Positions 49,607 through 60,140 of a stretch of DNA of 64,000 bases are shown one piece after another. Positions within the stretch are counted from its first letter, which is position 1. Every line of letters begins with the position of its first letter. A program made the position numbers and the translations under genes. The stretch comes from Dysosmobacter segnis (GTDB lineage Bacteria; Bacillota; Clostridia; Lachnospirales; Lachnospiraceae), in assembly GCA_963659325.1 (NCBI GenBank), contig CAVKTR010000005.1:2817-66816 (forward strand). Direction: 5' to 3'. The notes under the pieces are model-generated. The model had not been told where the DNA came from. It did not search any database and saw only the letters and a program-made list of their open reading frames with translations.

Positions 49607-50542
49607 ATGGAACATGAAGTACAGGTGCAGGAATTTGTTGCGGAGGCAGAACAGGCCGGAGAACGTCTGGATCGTTATCTGACACTGATCTATGCAGATC
49701 AGTCCCGCAGTTTTTTCCAGAAGCTGATCAAAAATGGCAATGTAAAGGTAAATGAGAAGGAAATCACAAAGGCCGGATATGTCATTGATGTGGGAGATGT
49801 GGTAACTGCATCGATTCCAGAGGCACAGTCTGTTGCCATAGAAGCGGAAAATATTCCACTGGATATTTTATATGAAGATGCGGATGTGCTGATCGTCAAT
49901 AAGCCAAAAGGAATGGTGGTTCATCCTTCTGCCGGTCATTACAGCGGTACATTGGTCAATGCCATCATGTATCACTGTGCAGACAGTCTGTCCGGGATCA
50001 ACGGGGAAATCCGTCCGGGAATCGTGCACAGAATCGATATGGACACCACAGGAGCATTGATCGTGTGCAAAAATGATACCTCTCATACAGATATTGCAGA
50101 GCAGATCAAGGAACATACGGTAACACGCCGTTATCGGGGAATTGTATGCGGTATCGTCAAAGAGGATGAAGGAACTATTGAAGGTGCCATTGGACGCCAT
50201 CCGACCCAGCGTAAAAAAATGGCAATCAATGAGAAAAACGGAAAACCTGCCATTACACATTATAAAGTGTTGCAGCGCTTTGCAAAATATACATATATGG
50301 AGTTTCAGCTTGAAACAGGACGAACTCATCAGATCCGTGTACACATGGCAAGTATCGGACATCCGCTTCTCGGGGATGAACTGTACGGAAACCCGAAGAA
50401 TCTTGCGATGAAAGGATTACAAGGGCAGACGCTGCATGCCATGATCATCGGTTTTGTCCATCCATCCACGCATGAATATATGGAGTTTGAAGCGCCGCTG
50501 CCGGAATATTTTCAGAATTTATTAAAGAAGTTTTCCAGATAA
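49607..50542 (+). CDS. rluD: RluA/RluD-family pseudouridine synthase
   Basis: S4 domain, NKPKGMVVHP, GIVHRIDMDTTG, TGRTHQIRVH. Confidence 0.93.
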   Translation: MEHEVQVQEFVAEAEQAGERLDRYLTLIYADQSRSFFQKLIKNGNVKVNEKEITKAGYVIDVGDVVTASIPEAQSVAIEAENIPLDILYEDADVLIVNKPKGMVVHPSAGHYSGTLVNAIMYHCADSLSGINGEIRPGIVHRIDMDTTGALIVCKNDTSHTDIAEQIKEHTVTRRYRGIVCGIVKEDEGTIEGAIGRHPTQRKKMAINEKNGKPAITHYKVLQRFAKYTYMEFQLETGRTHQIRVHMASIGHPLLGDELYGNPKNLAMKGLQGQTLHAMIIGFVHPSTHEYMEFEAPLPEYFQNLLKKFSR

Positions 50543-50728
50543 CGTATCGTTAAGGATAAATTTTGAATGATGATTGCAAAAATAATGCATTTGATTTGTT
50601 TTCGATGAATTATGAGTGCCAATTTTGAGTGGTCGACTCTTGTTTTCAGACAAAAAGCGGTTTACCGTTGAGATTTTTGCTCAAATGTAGTATACTATAG
50701 ATAGTAAGTAAGGAAAGGGGGATTTCCT

Positions 50729-51376
50729 ATGAGAAATCTTGTAATTGCAATTGGACGTGAATTTGGAAGCGGGGGAAAAGAAATCGGACAGAAACTGGCC
50801 GATCGGTTAAATATAAAATGTTACGACAGTGAATTACTTTCAATCGCAGCAAAAAATAGCGGGTTCTGCGAAGAAATTTTACAGAAGAATGATGAGAAGC
50901 CGACAAACAGCTTTTTATATTCTCTGGTAATGGATACATATTCTATGAGTGGATACACATCAGCTCCGTTTGTAGATATGCCGCTGAACCACAAAGTATT
51001 CCTGGCTCAGTTTGAGGCAATCAAAAAACTGGCATCTGAGGAATCCTGCGTTATCGTAGGAAGATGTGCAGATTATGCACTGGCCGGAAATCCGGATTGT
51101 GTCAGCGTATTTATTCATGCAGACATGGATTTCCGTTTAAAGAGAATTAAGGCAGATGCTGACAGAGAGTTTAAAGATGACAATAAAGTCATTGATTTCA
51201 TCAACAAAACCGATAAGAAACGTGCAAATTATTACAATTATTACTCCAGCAAGAAATGGGGAGATTCACGCAGTTATGATTTCTGCATCGACAGTTCCGT
51301 ACTTGGTATTGATAAAACCGTAGATGCGATCATTAGTTATCTTCAGATCCGTTACCCGGATGAAAATATCAAATAA
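50729..51376 (+). CDS. Cytidylate kinase-like family protein
   Basis: IGREFGSGG, VIVGRCADY, DKKRANYY, YDFCIDS. Confidence 0.88.
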   Translation: MRNLVIAIGREFGSGGKEIGQKLADRLNIKCYDSELLSIAAKNSGFCEEILQKNDEKPTNSFLYSLVMDTYSMSGYTSAPFVDMPLNHKVFLAQFEAIKKLASEESCVIVGRCADYALAGNPDCVSVFIHADMDFRLKRIKADADREFKDDNKVIDFINKTDKKRANYYNYYSSKKWGDSRSYDFCIDSSVLGIDKTVDAIISYLQIRYPDENIK

Positions 51377-51431
51377 AAGAAAACAATTTGGAATACGTTC
51401 TCTGTGACAGAGCGGTATTCTAAAAGAAAAC

Positions 51432-51484
51432 ATAAAGTGCTTTCAGACATTCCAGAAAGGGATGTCATCTGGAAGCACTTTTAT
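51432..51484. terminator. Bidirectional terminator
   Basis: ATAAAGTGCTTTCAGA...TCTGGAAGCACTTTTAT stem between convergent genes. Confidence 0.65.
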
Positions 51485-51504
51485 GGTATATAGATATCTT
51501 TTAT

Positions 51505-52347
51505 TTACTTATGCTGATTTCTCCATTCTCTTGGGGAAACACCGTAGATATTTTTAAAAGCCCGGGAAAAATGCAGCTGATTTTCATATCCGACGGCAGA
51601 ACCGATATCTGCAATCGACAGAGAAGTCAGTTTCAGAAGTTCCGCTGCCTTTACCATGCGGTAATTCATGAGAAATTCCTGCGGAGACTGCCCGGTACTT
51701 TTCTTAAAAATTTTTCCGAGATAGCTGCGGTTGATACCACAGACCGCGGCCACATCTTCAATGGAAATATTGTTCTGAAAATTCTGCTCAATATAATTGA
51801 TCGCTTCTTTGATATAATAGTCACTCATTTTACTGCTGGATACCAGCTGTGTGGAATGCGCCGACTGAATCAGATAATCCAGAAACAGATACAAGTGCCC
51901 GATCAGATGAAATGGTGATTCTTCTGGATGATGGGTGATATACATCAGTTCCTCTGCCAGCTTATCCCGCAGTTCCTTACTATGCGGATGATAGACTGGT
52001 TTATTTCTTGAAAATCCCGTCATACTCAATGCCTCTGTGATCCGCAATCCGTCAAATTCCACCCAGATGTATTCCCACGGCACATTCGAATCTGCAATGT
52101 AGGTTGTAACCTGTCCCGGAAAGATCATAAATCCCTGTCCGCTGCGAATCTGATAGGTCTGCGTAACACCTTTCATATCATCTGCCAGCAGGGTCCCTGT
52201 TCCGGAGAGAATGTAATGAAACAGATAGTGATTGCGGGCAGCCGGGCCAAAAGAATGTCCGGGATCGCATTTTTCGTAGCCATACTGATACAGGCACAGG
52301 TCAATAAAATTTTCATTTGGAAAAATATGAAATAAAATATCGGACAT
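51505..52347 (-). CDS. AraC-family regulator of the raffinose locus (MsmR/AgaR-like)
   Basis: GYEKCDPGHSFGPAARNHYLFHY; C-terminal HTH GYENQLHFSRAFK; divergent from the ABC operon. Confidence 0.9.
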   Translation of the reverse strand: MSDILFHIFPNENFIDLCLYQYGYEKCDPGHSFGPAARNHYLFHYILSGTGTLLADDMKGVTQTYQIRSGQGFMIFPGQVTTYIADSNVPWEYIWVEFDGLRITEALSMTGFSRNKPVYHPHSKELRDKLAEELMYITHHPEESPFHLIGHLYLFLDYLIQSAHSTQLVSSSKMSDYYIKEAINYIEQNFQNNISIEDVAAVCGINRSYLGKIFKKSTGQSPQEFLMNYRMVKAAELLKLTSLSIADIGSAVGYENQLHFSRAFKNIYGVSPREWRNQHK

Positions 52348-52600
52348 GGGAAGCTCCTTTCCTTTACCCTGTAATTGTAACGGCATTTCTAAAGCAGCAA
52401 TAGCTAAGGGATAAATCGTTCATTGAATTCATTAAAAAATAGAAACATCTAAAAAATATACCATTATGCGACACACATGTTGATTATAACACAATAAAAC
52501 GCATAATGATATAAAAAATGAAAAATACGGATATTCTAGGTCGCATTTTGAGATGTTACAATCATTTTAACAGAAAAAAACAAGAAAGGAAGCAGAAAAT

Positions 52601-53911
52601 ATGGCGAAAAAGAAACTGATCTGCGGACTGACAGCCCTTCTTCTGGCAGGATGCGGGCTGACCGGCCTGACAGGATGCGGGAAACAGGAGACAGCGGCAG
52701 GTAAGACCGAGATTGAAATTGTCTCTTACAAAAAAGAAGCAGTAGATACGTTTAATGAGATTGCAGAAAAATTTAATGAAACGCATGATGACATTCATCT
52801 GACCATTGACTCTCCGAACGAAGCAATGACGATTTTGAAAACACGTTTTATCCGGGAAGATTATCCGGATATCATTGTCATCGGTGGCGATATGGATTAC
52901 TCCAATTTCCTGGATTCGGATCTTTTTGCGGATATTTCAGATCTGGATGTGCTCAGCGAAACAAAATCCGCTTACCTGGATATGGATAAACAGCTGGAAT
53001 TTATCCCACAGGATGGGACATACGCGCTGCCATACGTGGCAAATGCGGCAGGTATCCTCTACAACAAAGATATGTTTGCGGAACATGGATGGGAAGTACC
53101 TCAGACCTGGAGTGAATTTACAGCACTTTGTGATCAGATTCAGAGTGAGGGCGTTCAGCCGTTATATTTCGGATTTAAAGATACATGGACCTGTCTGGCT
53201 CCATGGAATGCGCTTGCTGTCAGCCTGGCGGATCCGCAGCTTTGCAGTGAAGTAAATAATGGAACGACAACTTTTACAAAGGGGTATGATGAAACGGCAG
53301 AAAAGATAAAAACGCTGCTTGCCTATGGAGAAGCGAACCCGACTGCATACGGATATAACGATGCGTGTACAGCATTTGCCCGTGGTCAGTCTGCCATGTA
53401 TACCATCGGAAGTTATGCGATTCCGCAGATCAAATCGGTCAATCCGGATATGAATATTGGTACATTTACCTTCCCGGCAAATGAGGACGAAGCAGATAAT
53501 GTATTAAACTCCGGTATTGATGTACAGTTTTGCGTCATGAAAGCCTGCAAAAACAAAGAGGCAGCCTACGAGGTACTGCGTTTCCTGTATGAGGACGATA
53601 CGATCCGTACTTATCTGGACGAACAGGGCGGCATTGCATGCAAACAGGGGGATTTTCCACTTTCTTCCGAGCTGGAAGGGGTACGCTCTTATATTGAATC
53701 CGATCGTATGGCTGACTTCCAGGATCATCACTATCCGAGTGAGATGAGTGTGGATGCCATGATTCAGACATATCTGCTGGATGACAGTGCGGATGCGAAA
53801 AAAACTTTCCTGAACAAATTTGATAAAGACTGGAAACGGTACAATCGGGATCTGATCTGGAAAGTGCAGCAATATAATGAAAAAAATGGAACATCGGAGG
53901 AGACGAAATGA
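52601..53911 (+). CDS. msmE: Sugar ABC transporter substrate-binding lipoprotein (MsmE/AgaE-like)
   Basis: LTGC lipobox; KKEAV, PDI, GILYNKDMF. Confidence 0.85.
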   Translation: MAKKKLICGLTALLLAGCGLTGLTGCGKQETAAGKTEIEIVSYKKEAVDTFNEIAEKFNETHDDIHLTIDSPNEAMTILKTRFIREDYPDIIVIGGDMDYSNFLDSDLFADISDLDVLSETKSAYLDMDKQLEFIPQDGTYALPYVANAAGILYNKDMFAEHGWEVPQTWSEFTALCDQIQSEGVQPLYFGFKDTWTCLAPWNALAVSLADPQLCSEVNNGTTTFTKGYDETAEKIKTLLAYGEANPTAYGYNDACTAFARGQSAMYTIGSYAIPQIKSVNPDMNIGTFTFPANEDEADNVLNSGIDVQFCVMKACKNKEAAYEVLRFLYEDDTIRTYLDEQGGIACKQGDFPLSSELEGVRSYIESDRMADFQDHHYPSEMSVDAMIQTYLLDDSADAKKTFLNKFDKDWKRYNRDLIWKVQQYNEKNGTSEETK

Positions 53912-54783
53912 AATCAAAAATGACAAATCGGAATAAAACTTTTTGGATCATCGCAATCCTGGTCATTGCACTGTTTTTTACATTCAATACCCTTCCGATG
54001 ATCAAAGGTGTGATTTACAGTTTTACCAATTATAAAGGATATGGTTCTTATGACGTGGTTGGATGGCGTAACTATGTGGATCTGTTTACCGATGAGAGAG
54101 TCGGAAAAAGTTATCTGTTTACTTTTAAATATGCCATCGCCGGAACCATCCTTGTCAATGTGTTAAGTCTGCTTCTGGCACTTGGATTGAACAGCAATAT
54201 CAAAGGAAAGAGCGCACTGCGAGGTATTTACTTCGTACCAAATATCCTTGGCGGACTGGTGGTCGGCTATATTTTCAGCTTTATCTTTACATACATTCTT
54301 CCTACCATCGGAAGTGTCTGCCACATCGCTTTCCTGGAAAACAGTATTCTTGCCAGTGAAAAATATGCATGGATTGCGGTACTGATCGTTGGTGTCTGGC
54401 AGGCCGTAGCCATGAATACCATCATTTATATTTCCGGATTACAGACCGTTCCTGAGGATGTGTATGAGGCCAGTATGCTGGATGGTGCAAACAAATGGAC
54501 GGAATTCTGGGAAATTACATTTCCACTGATCATGCCTTTTGTATCCATTAATCTGGTGCTCAGCACAAAGAACTTCCTGATGGTATTTGATCAGATCGTA
54601 TCCTTAACTCAGGGTGGTCCTGCACAGAGTACCGAATCGATTTCTTATCTGATCTATAAAAATGGTATGTCCGGCGGACAGTTCGGATTCCAGAGCGCAA
54701 ATGCGGTCTTATTTTTCATCGTGATCGTGGCGATCTCTGTTTTCCAGCTGCGGTTTACCAATAAGAAGGAGGAACAGTTATAA
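53908..54783 (+). CDS. msmF: Sugar ABC transporter permease
   Basis: YISGLQTVPEDVYEASMLDGA EAA motif; ATGA overlap. Confidence 0.85.
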   Translation: MKSKMTNRNKTFWIIAILVIALFFTFNTLPMIKGVIYSFTNYKGYGSYDVVGWRNYVDLFTDERVGKSYLFTFKYAIAGTILVNVLSLLLALGLNSNIKGKSALRGIYFVPNILGGLVVGYIFSFIFTYILPTIGSVCHIAFLENSILASEKYAWIAVLIVGVWQAVAMNTIIYISGLQTVPEDVYEASMLDGANKWTEFWEITFPLIMPFVSINLVLSTKNFLMVFDQIVSLTQGGPAQSTESISYLIYKNGMSGGQFGFQSANAVLFFIVIVAISVFQLRFTNKKEEQL

Positions 54784-55619
54784 TGGAAAAAGGACATAAA
54801 ACAAATAAAGTTTTAACGGTACTTCTGATCATTGGAACCGTGACGGTATTTTTCCCGTTATATATGGCAGTGATCATTGCTTTCAAAAAACCAAGTGAAA
54901 TGACAAATGATGTGGCAGGTGCACTTTCTCTGCCAAAAAGCTGGAGCTTTGCCAACTTTACAGAGGCTATACAGGTGACGGATTTCTGGCATTCTCTTGG
55001 CAACAGTTTACTCATCACACTTGTGACAATTGTACTGGCGATTCTGATCCATTCCATTGCCGGATATGTGATCGGACGTGGTATGCGCAAGATCAAAGGA
55101 TTTAAATTTATTTATTTTTATATTGTCAGTGGTATGTTTGTGCCATTTTCCATCCTGATGATGCCGCTGGTAAAACAGACAGCTCAGATGGGTATCGGAA
55201 ACCGTTTTGGTGTCATTCTGCTGTATCTGGTATTTTATATGCCAATGAATGTGCTTTTGTACAGCGGATATCTGAAAAATATTCCGGAAGCACTGGAAGA
55301 GGCGGCAAATATTGACGGAGCCAATGCCTGGACAACGTACTGGCGGATCATTTTTCCGATGATGAAGCCGATGCATGCTACGGTTGCAATCCTGACCGCA
55401 CTTGGCACCTGGAATGATGTAATGACACCACTGGTCATCATGTCCGGAACCGGTCAGAATACGCTGCCGCTGGCGCAGTTAAATTTCCAGAGCCAGTTTG
55501 GAACCAATTATAACCTTGCCTTTGCTTCCTATATTCTGGCTTTGATCCCGATTTTGATTTTCTATGTCATTTGTCAGAAACAGATATTAAATGGTGTGGC
55601 AAATGGTGCGGTAAAATAG
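54783..55619 (+). CDS. msmG: Sugar ABC transporter permease
   Basis: IPEALEEAANIDGA, WND, GAVK. Confidence 0.85.
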   Translation: MEKGHKTNKVLTVLLIIGTVTVFFPLYMAVIIAFKKPSEMTNDVAGALSLPKSWSFANFTEAIQVTDFWHSLGNSLLITLVTIVLAILIHSIAGYVIGRGMRKIKGFKFIYFYIVSGMFVPFSILMMPLVKQTAQMGIGNRFGVILLYLVFYMPMNVLLYSGYLKNIPEALEEAANIDGANAWTTYWRIIFPMMKPMHATVAILTALGTWNDVMTPLVIMSGTGQNTLPLAQLNFQSQFGTNYNLAFASYILALIPILIFYVICQKQILNGVANGAVK

Positions 55620-55717
55620 TATAATAAAAAGCAAGTAAGATTCAGGCTCAGTGAATTATAAGTTCTGTGTAAATGACTGACAAATACAAAAGTGTGAATA
55701 ACGAGGAGGAACCGTGA

Positions 55718-58516
55718 ATGGCAATTATTTTTGATGCAAACCGAAAAATATTTACAATTCATACAAAACATACAACTTATCAGATGCAGGCGGATGCAAA
55801 AGGTTACCTGCTGCACTTATATTATGGAGCGCGGACAAAGGGAACGATGGATTATCTGTTATGCTATGCGGATCACGGTTTTTCCGGAAATCCATATGTG
55901 GCAGGAGCGGACCGCACCTATTCGCTGGATGCGCTGCCGCAGGAGTATCCATCTCTTGGAACCGGTGATTATCGCGGCATTGCGCTGAATATCGCAAATG
56001 CAGACGGAACAGAGTGCTGTGATCCGACTTTTGACCACTATAAAATTACAAAAGGAAAATATTATCTGAACGGACTTCCGGCTGTCTGGGCAGCGGATGA
56101 TGAAGCAGAGACGCTGGAAATTGTGTTAAAAGATGAACTGACACAGGTAGAAGTGCATCTGCTTTACGGCGTACTGGAAGATGCGGATATCATTACCAGA
56201 AGCGTAATGATTAAAAATACAGGCTTAGATACCATTACTGTGAAAAAAGCATTATCTGCGTGCCTTGATTTTGTGCAGGGAGACTACGATGCCATCAGTT
56301 TTTACGGCAGACATGCTATGGAACGTAATCCGGAACGTGTTCCGGTGGGACATGGAATCTACCGGATTGGCAGCCGCAGAGGCAGTTCCAGTCATCAGTA
56401 TAACCCAGGTGTGATCCTGGCAGATCGTACCGCAACAGAAGATGCCGGAAATTGTTATGGAATGCTCTTTATGTACAGTGGAAATTTCGTCTGCGAGGCG
56501 GAACGTGATCAGTTTAACCAGACACGTTTCCAGATGGGACTTGGGGATGAATTGTTTACTTATCCGGTGGAAGCAGGCGCAGAATTTACGACACCGGAAG
56601 TGATCATGACGTACTCTGATCAGGGATTTTCCAAATTGTCCCGTCGATACCATAACTGCATTTTAAATCATGTATGCAAGGGAAAACAGGTACATACAAA
56701 CCGTCCGATCCTGATCAACAGCTGGGAAGCGGCTTACTTTGATTTTAATGGTAATACGATCGTGGATCTGGCAAAGCAGGCAGCAGAACTTGGCATTGAT
56801 ATGGTGGTCATGGATGATGGCTGGTTCGGAAAACGAAATGACGATAATTCCTCTCTGGGCGACTGGTTTGTCAATGATGAAAAATTAGGCGGTACGTTAG
56901 GACAGCTGATTGAACGTGTCAATGCGCAGGGCGTGAAATTTGGTATCTGGATCGAGCCTGAGATGGTCAATGAAGACAGTGATCTGTACCGGGCGCATCC
57001 GGACTGGGCACTGACGATTCCGGGCCGGGCGCCGATCCGTTCCAGAAATCAGTTGTTACTCGATTTTTCCAGAAAAGAAGTGCGGGAAGAAATTTTAAAA
57101 CGCATCTGCGCGATTCTGGATCAGGGAAATATCGAATATATCAAGTGGGATATGAACCGCAGCATGGCGGATGTATATGCCGGAACTGTATCCTATGATT
57201 ATGTGCTTGGATTATATGATTTTCTGGAAAAATTGACCAGCCGCTATCCAGATATTCTGATTGAAGGCTGCAGCGGCGGCGGCGGACGTTTTGATGCAGG
57301 TATGATGTATTACACACCACAGATCTGGTGCAGTGATAATACCGATGCCATTAATCGAACACGGATTCAGTATGGTACTTCTTTCTTCTATCCGACGGCA
57401 GTGGTTGGTTCCCATGTGTCTGCTGTACCGAATCATCAGACCGGAAGAATCACAAGCCTGAATACCAGAGGCGTGGTGGCTATGGCAGGTACCTTTGGTT
57501 ATGAGATGAATCCTGCGTTGCTCAGCAGTGAGGAAAAAGAGGAAATCCGTACACAGCTTGCTACGTATCGCAGATACCAGGAACTGATCCGTGAGGGAGC
57601 GTATTACCGTTTGTCTGATCCGTTTAAAGACGAAGTGGCTGCATGGATGAGTGTCGCAAAGGATCAGTCACAGGCACTGGTCAGCGTTGTACGCCTGTTC
57701 GCAGAGGGAAATCCTTTTGGAACTTATGTAAAATTGAAAGGGCTGGATGCAGAGAGCTTTTATCTGGAAGAAACAACAGGAAACATATACAGCGGTATGA
57801 CACTCATGCAGGCCGGTATTTTACTTCCAATGGCAGCAAGAGAATATGAGGCATATCAGTTCTCTTTCAAAAAGATGCAGGAGGCAGCTGATCTGTATGA
57901 TCTTCTGCGGGGAAAAATTGGAGCAGACCGTAAAGTGATCAGTATTTTTGGCGGTTCCGGTTCCGGGAAAACGACCATGGCAGATATTTTGCAGCAGCAG
58001 TTCCTGGCAGACGGTATCGGTTGTTTTATTGTGCATGGAGATGACTATCCGTACAGAATTCCAAAAATTAACGATGAAAAGCGGGAAAAAATCTATCAGG
58101 AAGCCGGGGAAGCCGGACTGAATGCGTACCTTGGAACACCGCAGGAAATTGAATATGACCGAATCAATCAGGTGCTTGCAGAGTTTCATGCCGGTGATAC
58201 AGAAATTGAACTCAAAAAAATGGGCAGAGAAGCAGATGAAATCTGGTATGAGCAGACAGATCTGACCAGCGTACAGGTGCTGCTTCTGGAATGGACACAT
58301 GGTGGAAGTGAGTATCTGGAGGGTGTTGATATTTCTGTTTATCTGGACAGTTCACCGGAGGAGGCAAAAGCACGCAGAATCCGCCGCGGTCGGGATGAGA
58401 ATGCAGCAAGCGCGTTCATTCAGCTTGTCATTTCACTGGAAGCGAAAAAATTAGAGCAGCAGGCAAAACAGGCAGATATTGTCGTTGGAAAGGATGGTCA
58501 TATATATGAATCTTAA
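55718..58516 (+). CDS. agaSK: Bifunctional GH36 alpha-galactosidase / sucrose kinase
   Basis: NSWEAAYF, MDDGWFG, FGIWIEPEM, YIKWDMNR, CSGGGGRFD, WCSDNTD; C-terminal domain with GGSGSGKT P-loop. Confidence 0.9.
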   Translation: MAIIFDANRKIFTIHTKHTTYQMQADAKGYLLHLYYGARTKGTMDYLLCYADHGFSGNPYVAGADRTYSLDALPQEYPSLGTGDYRGIALNIANADGTECCDPTFDHYKITKGKYYLNGLPAVWAADDEAETLEIVLKDELTQVEVHLLYGVLEDADIITRSVMIKNTGLDTITVKKALSACLDFVQGDYDAISFYGRHAMERNPERVPVGHGIYRIGSRRGSSSHQYNPGVILADRTATEDAGNCYGMLFMYSGNFVCEAERDQFNQTRFQMGLGDELFTYPVEAGAEFTTPEVIMTYSDQGFSKLSRRYHNCILNHVCKGKQVHTNRPILINSWEAAYFDFNGNTIVDLAKQAAELGIDMVVMDDGWFGKRNDDNSSLGDWFVNDEKLGGTLGQLIERVNAQGVKFGIWIEPEMVNEDSDLYRAHPDWALTIPGRAPIRSRNQLLLDFSRKEVREEILKRICAILDQGNIEYIKWDMNRSMADVYAGTVSYDYVLGLYDFLEKLTSRYPDILIEGCSGGGGRFDAGMMYYTPQIWCSDNTDAINRTRIQYGTSFFYPTAVVGSHVSAVPNHQTGRITSLNTRGVVAMAGTFGYEMNPALLSSEEKEEIRTQLATYRRYQELIREGAYYRLSDPFKDEVAAWMSVAKDQSQALVSVVRLFAEGNPFGTYVKLKGLDAESFYLEETTGNIYSGMTLMQAGILLPMAAREYEAYQFSFKKMQEAADLYDLLRGKIGADRKVISIFGGSGSGKTTMADILQQQFLADGIGCFIVHGDDYPYRIPKINDEKREKIYQEAGEAGLNAYLGTPQEIEYDRINQVLAEFHAGDTEIELKKMGREADEIWYEQTDLTSVQVLLLEWTHGGSEYLEGVDISVYLDSSPEEAKARRIRRGRDENAASAFIQLVISLEAKKLEQQAKQADIVVGKDGHIYES

Positions 58517-59975
58517 ACCAATGCTGAACGCCTATCCGGACAGTTTGGGTGGCACACTGGGAGATATTGCGGCACTGTTAAAACGGGATGAGATGAAAGA
58601 TGTGTTTGGTTCTTTTTACATTTTACCAAGTCTGTATCATTCGGATCTGGACCGTGGGTTTTCCGTCATTGACTATGATATCAATGAAGAACTGGCCACA
58701 CAGGATGACCTGAAGCTGTTAAAAAGACTCGGCATCGATCTGAAGCTTGATTTTATCCTGAATCATGCATCTGCACAGTCTCCACAGTTCAAAGATCTGG
58801 TAGAAAAAGGAGATGCGTCAGAGTATAAGAACTTTTTTATTGACTGGAATGCGTTTTGGAAAGGATATGGCGCTATGACGGAGGAAGGGTATATTCAGCC
58901 GGATGAAAGATACATCAGGGATATGTTTTTCCGCAAACCGGGACTTCCGATTCTGATGGTACAGTTTCCGGATGGAACCAAACGTCCGTATTGGAATACA
59001 TTTTATCAGGAGGAACACTATCCACAGTATTTGGGACAGATGGATCTGAATATCCAGTCACCGAAGGTATGGGCGTTTTACCGGGAAACACTCGCAAAAA
59101 TCGCATCCTATGGAGCAAGTATTGTGCGGCTGGATGCTTTTGCCTATGCGCCAAAGGCTCCGGGAAGAAAAAACTTTCTGAATGAGCCGGAGACATGGGA
59201 CTTGCTGGATCAGATCAGAATGTATGCTGAACCGTATGGTCTGACGCTACTTCCGGAAATCCATGCAGCATATGAGGAACATATTTATCAAACTGTGGCA
59301 GAGAAAGGATATATGACCTATGATTTCTTCCTGCCGGGTCTGGTAATCGATGCGATTGAGAACAAACGCAGCAAGTATCTGGCAGACTGGGCGAAGGAAC
59401 TGACAGAGAAAGGAATTCAAACGGTAAACATGCTTGGCTGTCACGATGGAATTCCGTTGCTGGACCTGAAAGGTCTTCTTCCGGAAGAAGATATCCAAAA
59501 ACTGATCACACTGATCGTAGGCCGTGGTGGTATGGTGAAAAATCTGCATGGTCAGAAAAATGTGTATTATCAGGTAAATGCTACTTATTTCAGCGCGCTT
59601 GGTGAATCCGAACAGAAGCTTCTGCTGGCACGGGCGATTCAGATGTTTATGCCTGGAAAACCTCAGATCTGGTATCTGGATCTGTTTGCCGGCAAAAATG
59701 ATCACGAGGCCGTAAAACGGGCAGGAGAAGGCGGACATAAAGAGATCAACCGTACAAATTTAACAGGCTCACAAGTGGAAGATGCACTTCAGACAGAGGT
59801 TGTGCAAAAACAGTTGGAACTGTTACGGTTCCGCAGTACCTGTAAAGCATTTACGGAAGATGCGGACATTCAGGTTCAGGCAGAAGATCAGAAACTGATG
59901 ATTCGCTGGAGTAATTCAGATGCAGCCGCACAGCTGGATGTGGATTTTGCAGCAGGAACTTTTACCATATCCTGA
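58506..59975 (+). CDS. GH13_18 sucrose(-6-phosphate) phosphorylase
   Basis: MLNAYPDSLG, DRGF, LNH, VRLDAFAY, LPEIH, CHDGI, YQVN. Confidence 0.88.
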   Translation: MNLKPMLNAYPDSLGGTLGDIAALLKRDEMKDVFGSFYILPSLYHSDLDRGFSVIDYDINEELATQDDLKLLKRLGIDLKLDFILNHASAQSPQFKDLVEKGDASEYKNFFIDWNAFWKGYGAMTEEGYIQPDERYIRDMFFRKPGLPILMVQFPDGTKRPYWNTFYQEEHYPQYLGQMDLNIQSPKVWAFYRETLAKIASYGASIVRLDAFAYAPKAPGRKNFLNEPETWDLLDQIRMYAEPYGLTLLPEIHAAYEEHIYQTVAEKGYMTYDFFLPGLVIDAIENKRSKYLADWAKELTEKGIQTVNMLGCHDGIPLLDLKGLLPEEDIQKLITLIVGRGGMVKNLHGQKNVYYQVNATYFSALGESEQKLLLARAIQMFMPGKPQIWYLDLFAGKNDHEAVKRAGEGGHKEINRTNLTGSQVEDALQTEVVQKQLELLRFRSTCKAFTEDADIQVQAEDQKLMIRWSNSDAAAQLDVDFAAGTFTIS

Positions 59976-59996
59976 GTTCAGATCGTTTGAACGCAT

Positions 59997-60044
59997 AAAA
60001 ATCAAGTAGTCGGATAATTAAGTTTATCCGACTACTTGATTTTT
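59997..60044 (+). terminator. Perfect 21-bp inverted repeat, terminator of the raffinose operon
   Basis: AAAAATCAAGTAGTCGGATAA-ttaagt-TTATCCGACTACTTGATTTTT. Confidence 0.8.
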
Positions 60045-60140
60045 CCTGTCGAATTTTGTATCTGAAAAACATTTTGTAGTTTTGACAATTTGTGTTAGAA
60101 TAGTACATAGTGTTTGAGAGAAAGGAATGAGAGAAGTAAT

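Noticed and set aside
57870..57905. AGGAGG at the AgaSK domain junction as an internal start
   Set aside because: No in-frame ATG, GTG or TTG at suitable spacing, unlike the copA case.
59997..60044. 21-bp perfect palindrome as a MITE or CRISPR repeat
   Set aside because: Single copy in the window, at an operon end with a T-tract; best explained as a terminator.
60047..60088. Spo0A-box-like TGTCGAA and TTTGACA upstream of the flavodoxin gene
   Set aside because: 7-mers are too short to support without conservation data.
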